Origin: Bugula neritina
Lineage: Eukaryota > Animalia > Bryozoa
Assembly (NCBI GenBank): GCA_964035545.1
Contig: OZ037765.1
Span: forward strand, 248,001-312,000
Direction: 5' to 3'
DNA: 64,000 nt
Positions within the stretch are counted from its first letter, which is position 1; each line of letters starts with the position of its first letter. Below, piece after piece: positions 26,101-38,437 of this stretch. Position numbers and translations under genes: made by a program. The notes beneath the pieces are model-generated. The model saw only the letters and a program-made list of their open reading frames with translations. It ran no database searches and was not told the origin of the DNA.

Positions 26101-28386
26101 CTAAAGTTTCTCCTTTGTGCGGTAGTTGGCTTTGGTCCGCAGGTTGGGCCATTAAAGTTGTTCTTCTGCGCCTATGATGAGTCATAAGACATGTAACTAT
26201 GTAATCTGCACCACATAAAGTACATTATTTTAAATTTTCCCGATGCTAACACACACAACACAAATTATTGTCCCTACTGAACGCAGCTACAGGTCAGCTG
26301 GTCAACCATGTGCTATGCACGAGTATCCTTGTAGAGAGAACTGACCTGAGTACCCAGCTGTATGATGCAGTCTATCACATTCCCCATATTCTTGTTCTCA
26401 AACAGGTTGTTTGTAGGGAAGATGCTGGTTTCTGGTACACCGTAGGCTTCACATGCTCTTAGAAATATCTCAATATTCTCCATCTGAGACAACAATGTGT
26501 GGTCTCAATATGACAATGCAATATAATATCTTAATATGATACCACAATATAAAATATATTATCTTATTATGATGCCACAATATAATATATTAATATAGTA
26601 CCACAATATAATATATAATATCGTAATATAGTACCACAATATAATATATAATATCGTAATATAGTACCACAATATAATATATAATATCGTAATATAGTAC
26701 CACAATATAATATATAATATCTTAATATAGTACCACAATATAATATATAATATCTTATTATAGTACCACAATATAATATATAATATCTTAATATAGTACC
26801 ACAATATAATATATAATATCTTAATATAGTACCACAATATAATATATAATACCTTAATATAGTACCACAATATAATGTATATAATATATATATATATATT
26901 TACCTGTCTGAATGAAACAGGTGAGTTGTTAGGTTTGATAAAAGGCAAGTAACTTTGTGCTGCCGGAGGGAGATCAGCTGAACCCTGGTAGACTGTCTTC
27001 ACAAGACTGTAAAATAGAAAATGTTATATTATATACCACAACTAGTGAGTAGTGAGCACACTTCATCACTTTCTGTCTAAGAGCATGCAGTGAGCTCTCA
27101 GGTACTCTCTCAAGTCACTCTGGAGAGAAACTAATAAAAGAGTTTCTTACTTGACTAGCACGGCTCCACTCCTGAGGTTCCTGTGCATGTTCTCTGGTCC
27201 AGGAGGTAAGTCTGTGTTGAGGAGTTCTCTGATCCAGTCTCTCACTTCTGTCTCTGCAGCCGGATCATACCTCGAGACTAACTGTAATAGTAACCATAGC
27301 AACACATCAACAACTGCTTAGCAACATATCAACAACCACTTAGCAACACGTCAACAACCACGTAGCAACATATCAACAACTACTTAGCAACATATCAACA
27401 ACCACATAGCAACATATCAACAACTACTTAGCAACATATCAACAACCACATAGCAACATATCAACAACTACTTAGCAGCATATCAACAACCACATAGCAA
27501 CATATCAACAAATACTTAGCAACATATTAACAACCACATAGCAACATATCAACAACCACGTAGCAACATATCAACAACTACTTAGCAACATATCAACAAC
27601 CACATAGCAACATATCAACAACTACTTAGCAACACATCAACAACTACGCAGCAACATATCAACAACCACGTAGCAACATATCAACAACTACGTAGCAACA
27701 TATCAACATAGATAGTCACAGTACAGCTTGTAACTAAATCCACTAACAACCTGCTTAGCAACAGTTACCATGGAATTAGAAAGTCAGCCACAATAATAAT
27801 ATAGTTGTGATTTTTTTACTTAATAGAAACTTCACATGTTTATACTTTATACATGAATTATGGGGAAGAAGGATGTAGACATGATTTGATAACGTAAACT
27901 TTCACTCTTTATTAGCCTTAAATCTACATTTCAATAGTACTGATATAAAGGGGGGGGTATAAATAAACAACCGGCTCTTAGTGACACATGTGAAGGTTTT
28001 CTTTGAATATCAGTGATCGAATTAGGAAGCTGTTGGTTGCCTGCTATAAGCTGGTGTCAGGAAACACTATACCAAAGTATAGCATGTGAAATACTAAGTA
28101 TAGCATGTGGTATACTAAGTATGGCATGTAGTATACTAAGTATAGCATGTGGTATACTAAACATATCTCATCACACATCATCAAAGAGATACCACTGAGG
28201 TTGTAGACCTCATAGTGCGGCAGTACATATCTTAGAGGTCAATGTCCTATACTGACATACTGAAGAGCTCTCTGCTATGGAAGTATATCAAGCATACAGT
28301 TGGACTAACAGAACACCTTCAGAGGTAATACAGAGTGAATCTGTATATCTATTTCTTACCTTCACTCCCATTGGTCTAGACTCCAT
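20192..28386 (-). CDS. Calponin-family actin-binding protein, long isoform (CH domain plus up to 15 calponin-like repeats)
   Basis: Shared exons 28360-28386 (MESRPMGVK), 27151-27281, 26904-27006, 26346-26483 (MENIEIFLRACEAYGV), 26054-26171 and 25708-25941. Then five 234-nt phase-1 exons 22631-22864, 22154-22387, 21629-21862, 21164-21397 and 20710-20943, and terminal exon 20192-20520 (..IAKIYDEF*). Repeats of the type I.LQAGTNKFASQKGMS.G..RH. Confidence 0.85.
24815..28386 (-). CDS. Calponin-family protein, short isoform (CH domain plus 6 calponin-like repeats, Tyr/Asp-rich tail)
   Basis: Same first six coding exons, spliced to terminal exon 24815-25353 (phase-1 acceptor; ..YFRRYYDYDYRPVLGATQVYRDDDGDWL*). 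Minus-strand AATAAA candidates downstream, e.g. 24382-24387. Confidence 0.88.
26530..26885. repeat. 33-bp minisatellite (atagtaccacaatataatatataatatcttaat)n
   Basis: About 10 copies, intronic. Confidence 0.9.
27295..27710. repeat. 22-bp minisatellite (tagcaacatatcaacaaccaca)n
   Basis: About 19 copies directly upstream of the 27281 acceptor. Confidence 0.9.
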
Positions 28387-28962
28387 GTTATCAGAGGTGA
28401 AGGTTACCTGCAATACAGATTTTACTATGAAATTTAATTTAAACTGCTGAAGTAAGAGCCTGTTATGTAATAATGATGGAGGTTACTGTAAGTGTAAGTG
28501 TGCTGAGGTAAGTGTAGTACTGAGGTAAGTGTATTACTCATGTAGGTGTAATGAGGTAAGTTATGTAGATAAAATGAAGAACTAACGTCAGCAATTCATA
28601 ATACAGGTAAACATAATTCACATCTCTCTATTTGTTGTATTTTATTGCCAGTTACAAGAATTTATTGTGTAACTTTCTCCTATAGTTTTAAACTAGTAAA
28701 ATATGAAGTTTGAAGATTATACGACTATATTTATGCTAATAGAATAAAATAGAAGCTCTCCTACCAGTTTAATGCTGCTTTGAGATAAAATGGTTATAAT
28801 AATATAGTAATAGTTATACGTAATATACACTAGCAGCTGTTATATGATGAGAGTAATTTCAGAACATACATTATATTACCTACTGACAATCTCTATCTAA
28901 ACTACACAGTATAAACTTTACCTGCAGTATTATAGAATTTACCTGCAGTATTAGATGTCTAC

Positions 28963-29048
28963 CTTCAAGAGATTCTCAGACTCAACTACCGGCAGCAATG
29001 ACAGAGGCAGCAGTAACTGAAGGCAGCAGAAAGTGAAGCAGCTTATAC
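28963..29048 (-). promoter_or_regulatory. Putative TATA box and noncoding first exon of the calponin-family gene
   Basis: Minus-strand GTATAAGC at 29041-29048, followed by a pyrimidine-rich segment ending in ..TTGAAG|GTAGAC at 28963. Confidence 0.45.
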
Positions 29049-30717
29049 CCCTACACACTTCATCTGTAAATGATTAGCAGAATGAGGGTTTTATACTAAT
29101 TGCGCTAATACAATTAATATATTATAATAATATATAGCAGGAGGTATGCCACAGCCAGCATGAGTTAAGGAATTGATAATAAGCATATAATGTATAACCA
29201 TCCTGAATCACGTCCTTGCAATTACTAACCCTTTCCTTATTTCCTTTGTTGTGTTGAATATATTATTAACACAGTCATTGTCTATTCTCCCTGATTACTA
29301 CCACAACATATAGCATATCTACTCGAGTCATAAGGAAAATGGGATCCTCTTCCACTTAAATATTATATAACTGGCCCATTACTTACTTTATATTTGGTAG
29401 TCCTGCAGCAAGTACAGGCAGATAATAGCTTCAGAGTCTAAAAGCTTTTTTACAGAATCTAAGCTTTATAAAGCTATCAAGCTTTAAAGCTTGGACATAA
29501 TTTTAAAAAAGCATCAAAATGTCAAAGATGTGAGTAGAGACTTTGGGTATATGCCTGTATGTCTTTATATTATCAAATCATATATCACATGGTGAGAAAT
29601 GTGTAACATTCCTAATAAGTAGTGTATACCAACATTGAGAGCCATTATATATTGTTAATCTCCTGGATTGCTGCTAAATTTGCTGAGTCTTACTAAACAC
29701 TTGTTTGAACTCCCAACAGCTGCATAATCAACCTCTGTTTCAAGTAACAGATTTTTATATTTAAGCATTATTATTAAAACAAATAAAATGAAAAGTTTGC
29801 CCGCTGCACTAACAAAGTAGTAGGTCTAGTATTACATCGGCACACCTTGTTCACTCGACACTGAGTGTCAACCACCTTGTAATACGATATTCAATAACTG
29901 TTGGGAGTTATCCTTGTGTCCAGCTTGAAAAACCACTGAAAGTTTGCAAATTGCAACTATATTATTTTATATAGAAACTAGATTTTCTTCTATATTTTCA
30001 AAAACATACAAGCTAATGTGACTAACACAGCCATACAAGCAACATAATACTGACAATGGTTCCAACAATAAATAGTAAAACAATAAAAGACTATGATTTA
30101 CAAATATAAACGAATTACAAAAATACATAATATATTTATTTTTATTTCAAAATTTTGAAACTGTGTGGTTTATCATAAAACATGTATATATACGGGTGGG
30201 TGAAATGCCAGCCCGATTTCCTTCTTTCTGCTGGAAGAAGATTATAGCCATGCACCATATATAGAGAGAACATAGAAAGTAAATTAGAATAAAAATGTTT
30301 GCATACTTTTATACCATATGAGATAACTTGTAAATAATATATGCTATATATATGTATATATATTCTACTCTACTTTATTATAATATATCGCATAAAGAGG
30401 AAAGTATAAGCATTTCAATATATCAACATCTACGTCATGGGAAGGCAAATCTAAGAATGTAATAATTATGACAGAATAATGTAAAACCACATGCATATAA
30501 TGATAGAGAATTTGGCTCTGAATATGTTAGAGAAGATAAAATCACTGTTTGTTTAGAATTGTTAAAATCTTCCTGTGTATACAATGAATCATCTGGCTGC
30601 TGAGACTTTCAAGGGAGAGAGAGAGGGGGGTACAATCTATGGCCCGCATTGTCCAGCTCTCAAGTCATGTGACTCAACTAACAACTTGTCTCAAGTCACA
30701 TGATACGAGTCCGCGAG

Positions 30718-33700
30718 TCAGACCCAAGTCCTTCTTGTTAAGGACTTGACACTGTTTCCTCTCTTGGGGGCATGACCCCCACATTGCAGCGCTCCACTCC
30801 TTGGCTTCAGCAGGCTGCATATTGCTGGAACCATAACGGCAACACGTTAGTATATATACTGTCAACACGTTAGTGTATATACTGTCAACACGTTAGTGTA
30901 TATACTATCAACATGTTAGTGTATACACTATCAACATGTTAGTATATATACTATCAACACGTTATAGTGTATATACTGTCAACATGTTAGTATATATACT
31001 ATCAACACGTTATAGTGTATATACTGTCAACACGTTAGTATATATACTGTCAACACGTTAGTATATATACTATCAACACGTTAGTGTATATAATACTGTC
31101 AACACGTTAGTATATAATACTATCAACATGTTAATATATATACTATCAACATGTTAGTATATATACTATCAACATGTTAGTATATATAATACTATCAACA
31201 CATTAGTGTATATACTATCAACACATTAGTATAATATATACTGTCAACATGTTAGTGTATAATACTATCAACATGTTAGTGTATAATACTATCAACATGT
31301 TAGTGTATAATACTATCAACACGTTAGTATATATAATACTATCAGCATGTTAATGTAACATATCTCCCTACTGCCCGGCAGCTTTCTATAAATAATTCAT
31401 AATACTCGTGTTCCATTTAATCTATTAACATGTAAATTCATACATGAAATATTGATTTGACCACTTTTGTAGAAACCAAATTAAAATTGAGTTGAGAATT
31501 TTAAAATTTATCTTGAAAACCGAGCGAGGTTCTTCATTTGATGAGATAAAACATAACAGGGGACATAACTCCCTCTAACATTCAAATTTGGGTAAGTTTG
31601 CAGACAAACAATGTCAATTTTATTGTCTTTATTTCACATTTCAGGTTAGTTTTGCTCTTTAAGTTGGAGGACAAAGTCAAGGAATACAGGCCTGTGGGTG
31701 TAATAAGGGTGTGGTAGTGGATTCCAATGAACCTGTCAATATTAAGAGTTTTCTGCCCTTAACACTTCATTATATATCATATAGAAATATGTGCTCCTTC
31801 ATGATTAGAATTGATATCTGATAAAATAAAATGTGGGAAGTGTTTCATACATGCTTTAGAATACACTAATAGTGCAGTTCTGGTATTTCCTTTTTCTACT
31901 AAATTATATGAAATATATCATCACGTGGAAACTCTATATCAGCTGAAATCAGTCAACTTCCCTGGGGATGGAAAACATTTTATCACTCTGATGGGGTAGG
32001 AGACAGGTGCATAAATTTTACCTGCTGTGGAGGTTGTATAAACTTTACCTGCTGTCTGTTGAATTGACAAGCACCGAATAAACCTTTCTAAGTTAAATTA
32101 TTTAACTCAAGGGATTTAGAGGCCCTCCCACATTTACTACTAGCTCCGCCCCTTCAACTAATATCCACTCACCAGCTCTTATCTTCTGACTGAAGCAGAC
32201 GATTATGAGGGGGTTGAAGGCGCTATTTGCGTAGGCCATGTACTTGCAGTAGATTTGAATACCCCTCAATGATGCTGTGACTTCCTACAAGATATATGAT
32301 GCTATATTGAGTATTATATAATACATAATACATGATACTATATTAAGTAATACATAATATATAATACATGATACTATATATTAAGTAATATATAATATAA
32401 TACTTGATACTATATATTAAGTAATATAATCTATTATACAATCTGAAAACAGCAACAAATCCCATCCCAGTGTCCCAGTTGGACCACGGAGCTAGCTAAC
32501 TCTTCAGAGGATATCTAAAAACCCAGATGTAACTTTAACAGACGGCATGAATAAGCAACATAATATCACTAAGCTGATGCAGAGTTAATTGATAGCGTGG
32601 AGAGAGCTGTATGGCTGCATTTGCAGCCCTTTACAATGTCATGCTGTGTCAGAGAGAAGCTGATAGTTTAAAGGACACTCGTTGATTCTAAGTGAAACTA
32701 CAGAGTCAAGTAATTCTATTAGCTGAGTTACAACACTTGATTCTACTCCAACACCGTGGCAGCTGCTTGGATAAACTCCTGTATTATTATGGTAAATGGA
32801 TTAACTTTAGTCAGGAGTCAACACGCAGCTTGTAGGTAAATGAGTTATGATGAGAGAGCTAGAAGTTCTTACCTCTGCATACGAAGAGTTGTAGATACAG
32901 CAGGAAATACGTTATGATACTAAACAATATGATATGATACTATGCGATATGATATAATATGACGTATGATATAATACCATATAATGCAACACAACATGAT
33001 ACAATATAATATAATAATCTGCCGAACCTGCCCGGACCCAGAATGGTGGAACTCCTGGTATAACATGACACACTGGAACGGCAGCCAACACAAAGTAAAC
33101 ACAGTCAGTAGAACTATCAGCATTGCTGTTACCTAGTAATCACCAAACATCTAATAAAATATCAAATTTACATAATATTATATTATTTCTTGAAGGTATT
33201 CCATCTCACATGTTATATATAAGATATTCACACAGCCATATTTCCAGCTGTACTTATTCATATGTCGTCTGCACACCAAGTCACATGACTAGCTCAGCTA
33301 TTAGCACGCACCTTCCTCCTCTTGTTGTGAGCCCGTCTCTGCTCCTTGGGGTTCAGTTCAAACATGTCGGGCTGTCTGAGTTTTATCTTGAAGATGATAG
33401 CAGCGTACGCCACCGTCATCACTAGCATTGGGAGGCCGTAGAGGACAAAGGCTACTATTACAGCGTACACCTTTCTGTGAACTGCATTTCCTGTGAAACT
33501 GGAAGTCACCCATTTAGTGTTGCAGAAGACCTCATTGTGATTGGCCCACTCCCTGACCTTGACCTCTGTGAGAACTGAAGGAAATGGAACAGGAAATAAA
33601 GTAACTGCATGTAAGTATCTAGATGTCTTGTGGAACATTCTAGAAGAATATATTCAGCCAATAGAAAGATCTAGATTAGCTGCCTACATCACTCTATAGA

Positions 33701-36608
33701 CTCTACAGGTCCTTATAGCACACATAAACAGTCCACTCAGGAATATCATACAAGCACTGGCAGTGAACAGGAGTTTGGTTGGTCTGTATTACTTATACTG
33801 TTTACTGTTATTAGTATACGACACTACATTTTCTGGTATTTATAAAATGTCACCGGCCTAGAAACTGCAGAGTTGAAAATGGTGGTGAACTTTATAAATA
33901 CCTGTGAGACTCCCACAGGAAATGGAGACTACCACACACACACAGTATTACTCTACCACAACTACAACACAGTATTACTCTACCACAACTACAACACAGT
34001 AACACTCCACCAAAAACAGCCACTTCAGTAATAATAATTTCTATCAGTAGAATGTGAGATTGTAATTACCATTACCAACATTGAAGTTATGTAAAATAAC
34101 AACATATTAATTCACATATCCACTGTCAAATAGTAAAGCAATTAAGGATATAGAAAAGATTTAATTAAAATTTCGCACAAACCACTCTGACACCTTCGAT
34201 TACAACATTTATGGTTAATTAACTAAAGATGATATCCGAGGTTGACAAATCTAGGGTCAGTTTTGTGACCTGTGCTGCCGTAAGTAAGATGTGGCAGCAT
34301 AAGTCAACTGACATCAACATTTCCAATAAACCAATTTTATAAATTAATACAACATAAGGTGTTACTATATTTTATATTAGAGTTTTATATAACTGGATTA
34401 TTGTCAGTAAATACAGCATCAAGGAAAGTATATATTGTACAGTACAGTTCAACTCAGTTCAGTTCAGGACATCAAAATCATTTACTATCAACACTGTGAC
34501 GTATTACCACTCTGTGGGTAACATCTGAACATACTAGTGTCCCACACAGCAACACTCCCCTCAGCCTCCCCCCAGGCCAAGTGCTACTTAAACATCCACT
34601 TTAATATTTCAGGCACAATTTCAAGACGTACTTGTGCTTGGCATTGCCACAGCCAATGAAATTGCCCATATTATTCCAACAGCCGCCAGGACTTTCTGCT
34701 TCTTGTGGTTTATGAATATGAAAGGAGTGACAACTCCGTGGAACCTCTCCACAGACATGGCAGTCATAGTGAGTACAGAGGCTGTGAAGGCCACAACTGG
34801 AGGGTAGAGTGAAAGTTGTATTATATATATAAACCATTTCATAGCAAGTAATATGTATTCCTAAACAAAGCAGCATCAACAGCTAACAGCGACAGCATCA
34901 GACTGACAGCAAGGATTGTGCTGTTTCATAATTATTTAAAATAATTCACACTTTGAGTGGAGCTGCTTGGGGATTGTCAGTTGATTAGCATTTCATAGAT
35001 AATTCTATAGAGTAGTATCATCACATATATGACAATACTTAGATCAACCCATAGACTATAGCGTATGGTCAGTAGGACAGAGTGGCTGCTATAACGTAGG
35101 CAGCACATTGTGTTAGAGATGGACATGAAGTAGCCTTTAGAGTTGAGAAGTTTACTGCGCAGGTTCACTCTGTATACCTTAATGTAAACAATGTTGAAGA
35201 GTTTGTGTCATGTTTATGATGGCAAGATTATGTTCTGTTATATTTATATCATAGAACAGGTTACACCAACTAACAGCTTACTGTCCAGTGAAGTCAATTT
35301 ATAGAATATACATCACAATATTCTATAAATATCTGTTAGAAGACTACTGGGTTTGGTTTTGTCTCAAAATATTGAAGCCTAAGAACTTTGGAACATGCTA
35401 CTGGCTGCACTGTTTGGGGGTGGATAGATACCCCCCTATACTATCTCTTAGATGAAACTGTGCTACATTAAGTCTATACCAAAGCATTAGGAAAAGTTGG
35501 TTAATGAAAGGCCAGCAGTCTACCTGCGTTAATAGTTCAATGATTACCTGAAATAGAGATGTAGGTAGTCTGATGGTTTATTAATATACAAATACTACCT
35601 GTAATATACCTGTAGCTTTGTTCCAGGTCTATATACTATATTGTATTCAGCTATATAAGTTATCACACTAAATTTATATCACATATAATATGTAGACTGT
35701 AGAGGTAAAATACGAATAATCAATAGTAATGTTTAGAGATATTTTAGCACTTATCTCTTCTGCTTGTTTATTCTGACACTTAAGAGAATTAGTTTTATGG
35801 TAGATGCTGTGAATATAAAAGTTAAATGATAAGGCAGTGATTTTCTACTTTCTACTAGGAATAAATAAATAAACTAATGCTGATAGCTGGTGTGGCGTTT
35901 GTCTTACAGCACTATTAATTCCTACAGATAGCTAGTTATTCAATTAAAACAAATCCAAACTGCATAAACAAAATCCTACATCTTTAGTCATAACCACACA
36001 GACATTGCCTTTTACTCAACTTGGTAAACTAAAAGTTTTAGAGTGTTTGATTTTAATTTAGAACTAATAACAAACCGGCTTGTTAATTTCATTCGTTTCA
36101 TTGCTTTCTCTTCAAAAACCATTCATTTTCATTTCGAAGCAATTATAGAGAGAAGCATAAAGTAAAAGAGGCCCCCTTCAGGAGCACACAGGAATGAGTC
36201 ACACAGGGATGAGTCATACTTACTCTGAGTCAGAGTGCTGAACTTGCAGACGAAAGCCCCCAGAATCCACCTGGAAGTGAAGTCATCTATGAGGTGAACC
36301 CAAGTGGTGGAGAGAGCTACTAACATGTCCGCCACTGTCAGGTTGACTAGAAATATGTGAGTGACAGTCCTGAGACGTCTTTCTCTGAGCAACACAATCG
36401 GGACCAGGAAGTTGCCGGTAACAGCCGTGAGAAACACCAGAGCCATGACCACAACCTTCACGATCATCTCCCCCAGCGACATTTCTCTCCAGAGAGACAT
36501 CTCGGCAGAGTAATTTGTCTGCTTAATGGAAACCATGAATTCTTCATCGGACATGTTGATATACGGGTTAGTGATGGACGACTCCCAGGCATATGTTACG
36601 TAATACAT
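30718..36608 (-). CDS. Class A (rhodopsin-like) peptide-type GPCR, ligand unknown
   Basis: Exons 36224-36608, 34632-34796, 33312-33574, 33028-33132, 32173-32284, 30718-30824. Motifs: TM1 GNFLV, TM2 NLTVADML, WILGAFVCKF, TM3 SVERF, TM6 FTLCWLPF, TM7 YANSAFNPLII; C-terminus ..RRTWV*. Phases consistent. Confidence 0.92.
30840..31350. repeat. ~23-bp minisatellite (tcaacacgttagtatatatactg)n
   Basis: About 21 copies abutting the last GPCR acceptor; each copy contains a CTAAC branch-point-like motif on the minus strand. Confidence 0.9.
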
Positions 36609-38049
36609 GGTGATAGAGCTTTCGGAACCTTCTTTCCTTCCAGAACCTTCTTTCCTCTGAAGATGTCAAATAGATAGTGAGTGTCAACAGCTGAAAGTCA
36701 TCATTCTACTAATAGGTTGATAGTCCAACAGCAGTAATATTATGCAACACCTCACTCTGTCCAAGCTGCTTACAACTGTAATAATCATGTATACACTAAC
36801 AGCTACACTAGCTTCAGTGGGTAATTAAATATTTAAACTGTGTCATGATTGGTTAGAGCAACATTACCAAATGAATAAATCAACTCATTTTCGCTGTGAA
36901 AATATGAATAATGGATAGAAATGTTGTAGGATGAAAATGTTCTGTTTGGAAAGGTGCCAATAGTCGAAGTGTTGGACATATTCTGTGAGCTTTTGAATGG
37001 GAAGAGGCAGCAGCACTTAGAGTAGTGAGTATACAGAGTATACAGAGTGTACAGTGTATACAGAGTATACACTGTACACTCTGTATACAGTGTGTACAGA
37101 GTATACAGTGTATACAGACTACAGAGTATACAGAGTGTACAGTATATACAGAGTGTACAGAGTGTACAGTATATACAGAGTGTACAGTATATACAGAGTG
37201 TACAGTATATACAGAGTGTACAGTATATACAGAGTAGAGTATACACTGTATACAAAGTATAATCTGAGTATAATCTCATTATATTGACCAATACAGGTGT
37301 TGAGGAAGATACCAGAATATAATATTGTTAGTATTAATTAGACATTATATTTCGTGTTGGAATCAGCATAGACTAGCTACAGTTATTGCTCAGAGTAGAC
37401 ATATAATCTTCGTATTCACTTGAATAACCCGTCTAGAAGAAGCTGATCAACTGGGGAGTTTTCCCCACTTACTATATAGTATATAATATATCTCAGTCTA
37501 GCATATATATGTACAGAATGTAGCTAGCATCACACATACTGGAAACAGTATATCAGTGCATTGTTCATTCTATATTACTTTCTAGTACCTTTAAAACACT
37601 TACTACAGAAAATTTAAACACACAGAGTAAAGAAAAGTGCACTAGAACACAAAGGTGAAGGTCACAGCACTCAATAATTATGCCAAAAGGGGTGAGCAAC
37701 TGTCTGTATGAGATCACAGGCTAAAAGTATGCACTGAGTCTATACACTGACAATATAAACATGTGTAGGTTGTTATATAAAGCAGTTGTTACTATCATGT
37801 GTATAATTATCCAGTATACAATCATATATTATTGCACCAGGCAACGTGAAGGTTAGTTTATTGCATATGAATATAATTATTCTGAATTTATCTTCAACAT
37901 TGTATTTGGCCATTGAAAAGGCATCTTTCTATAGTCTGAAGTTGAGGAGTAATTCCAGCATCCAAGTCACTGATTGGCTGATGAGAATCAGGTCAGCCAA
38001 TTACAGAGCCCGACAGACCACCACCACCAATAGCATTGAGTGTTAGAGA

Positions 38050-38398
38050 TCAGGTTGTCTTCATGTGGTGACTATAATACATGTCCTGCTGCAGCTGCTT
38101 TAGTGACGCTTTTGGTTTCTCCCTCTTCAATCCGCCATCCCTGTACGAGAGAACACAACTCTATACAGCAAGAGAACACAACTCTATACAGCAAGAGAAC
38201 ACAACTCTATACAGCAAGAGAACACAACTCCATACAGCAAGAGAACACAACTCCATACAGCAAGAGAACACAACTCTATACAGCAAGAGAACACAACTCT
38301 ATACAGCAAGAGAACACAACTCTATACAGCAAGAGAACACAACTCTATACAGCAAGAGAATACATCTATTTACTGGTTTCTTCGACATTTTTATGTTA

Positions 38399-38437
<39 letters not shown>

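Noticed and set aside
31370-32160. Possible MITE or TE remnant in the last GPCR intron
   Set aside because: Composition is suggestive, but I could not find paired termini or a TSD.
32873-32919. Extra GPCR exon ending at a strong AG|GTAAGA
   Set aside because: The flanking exons already join in phase 0; a 47-nt or 2-nt insert would shift the frame.
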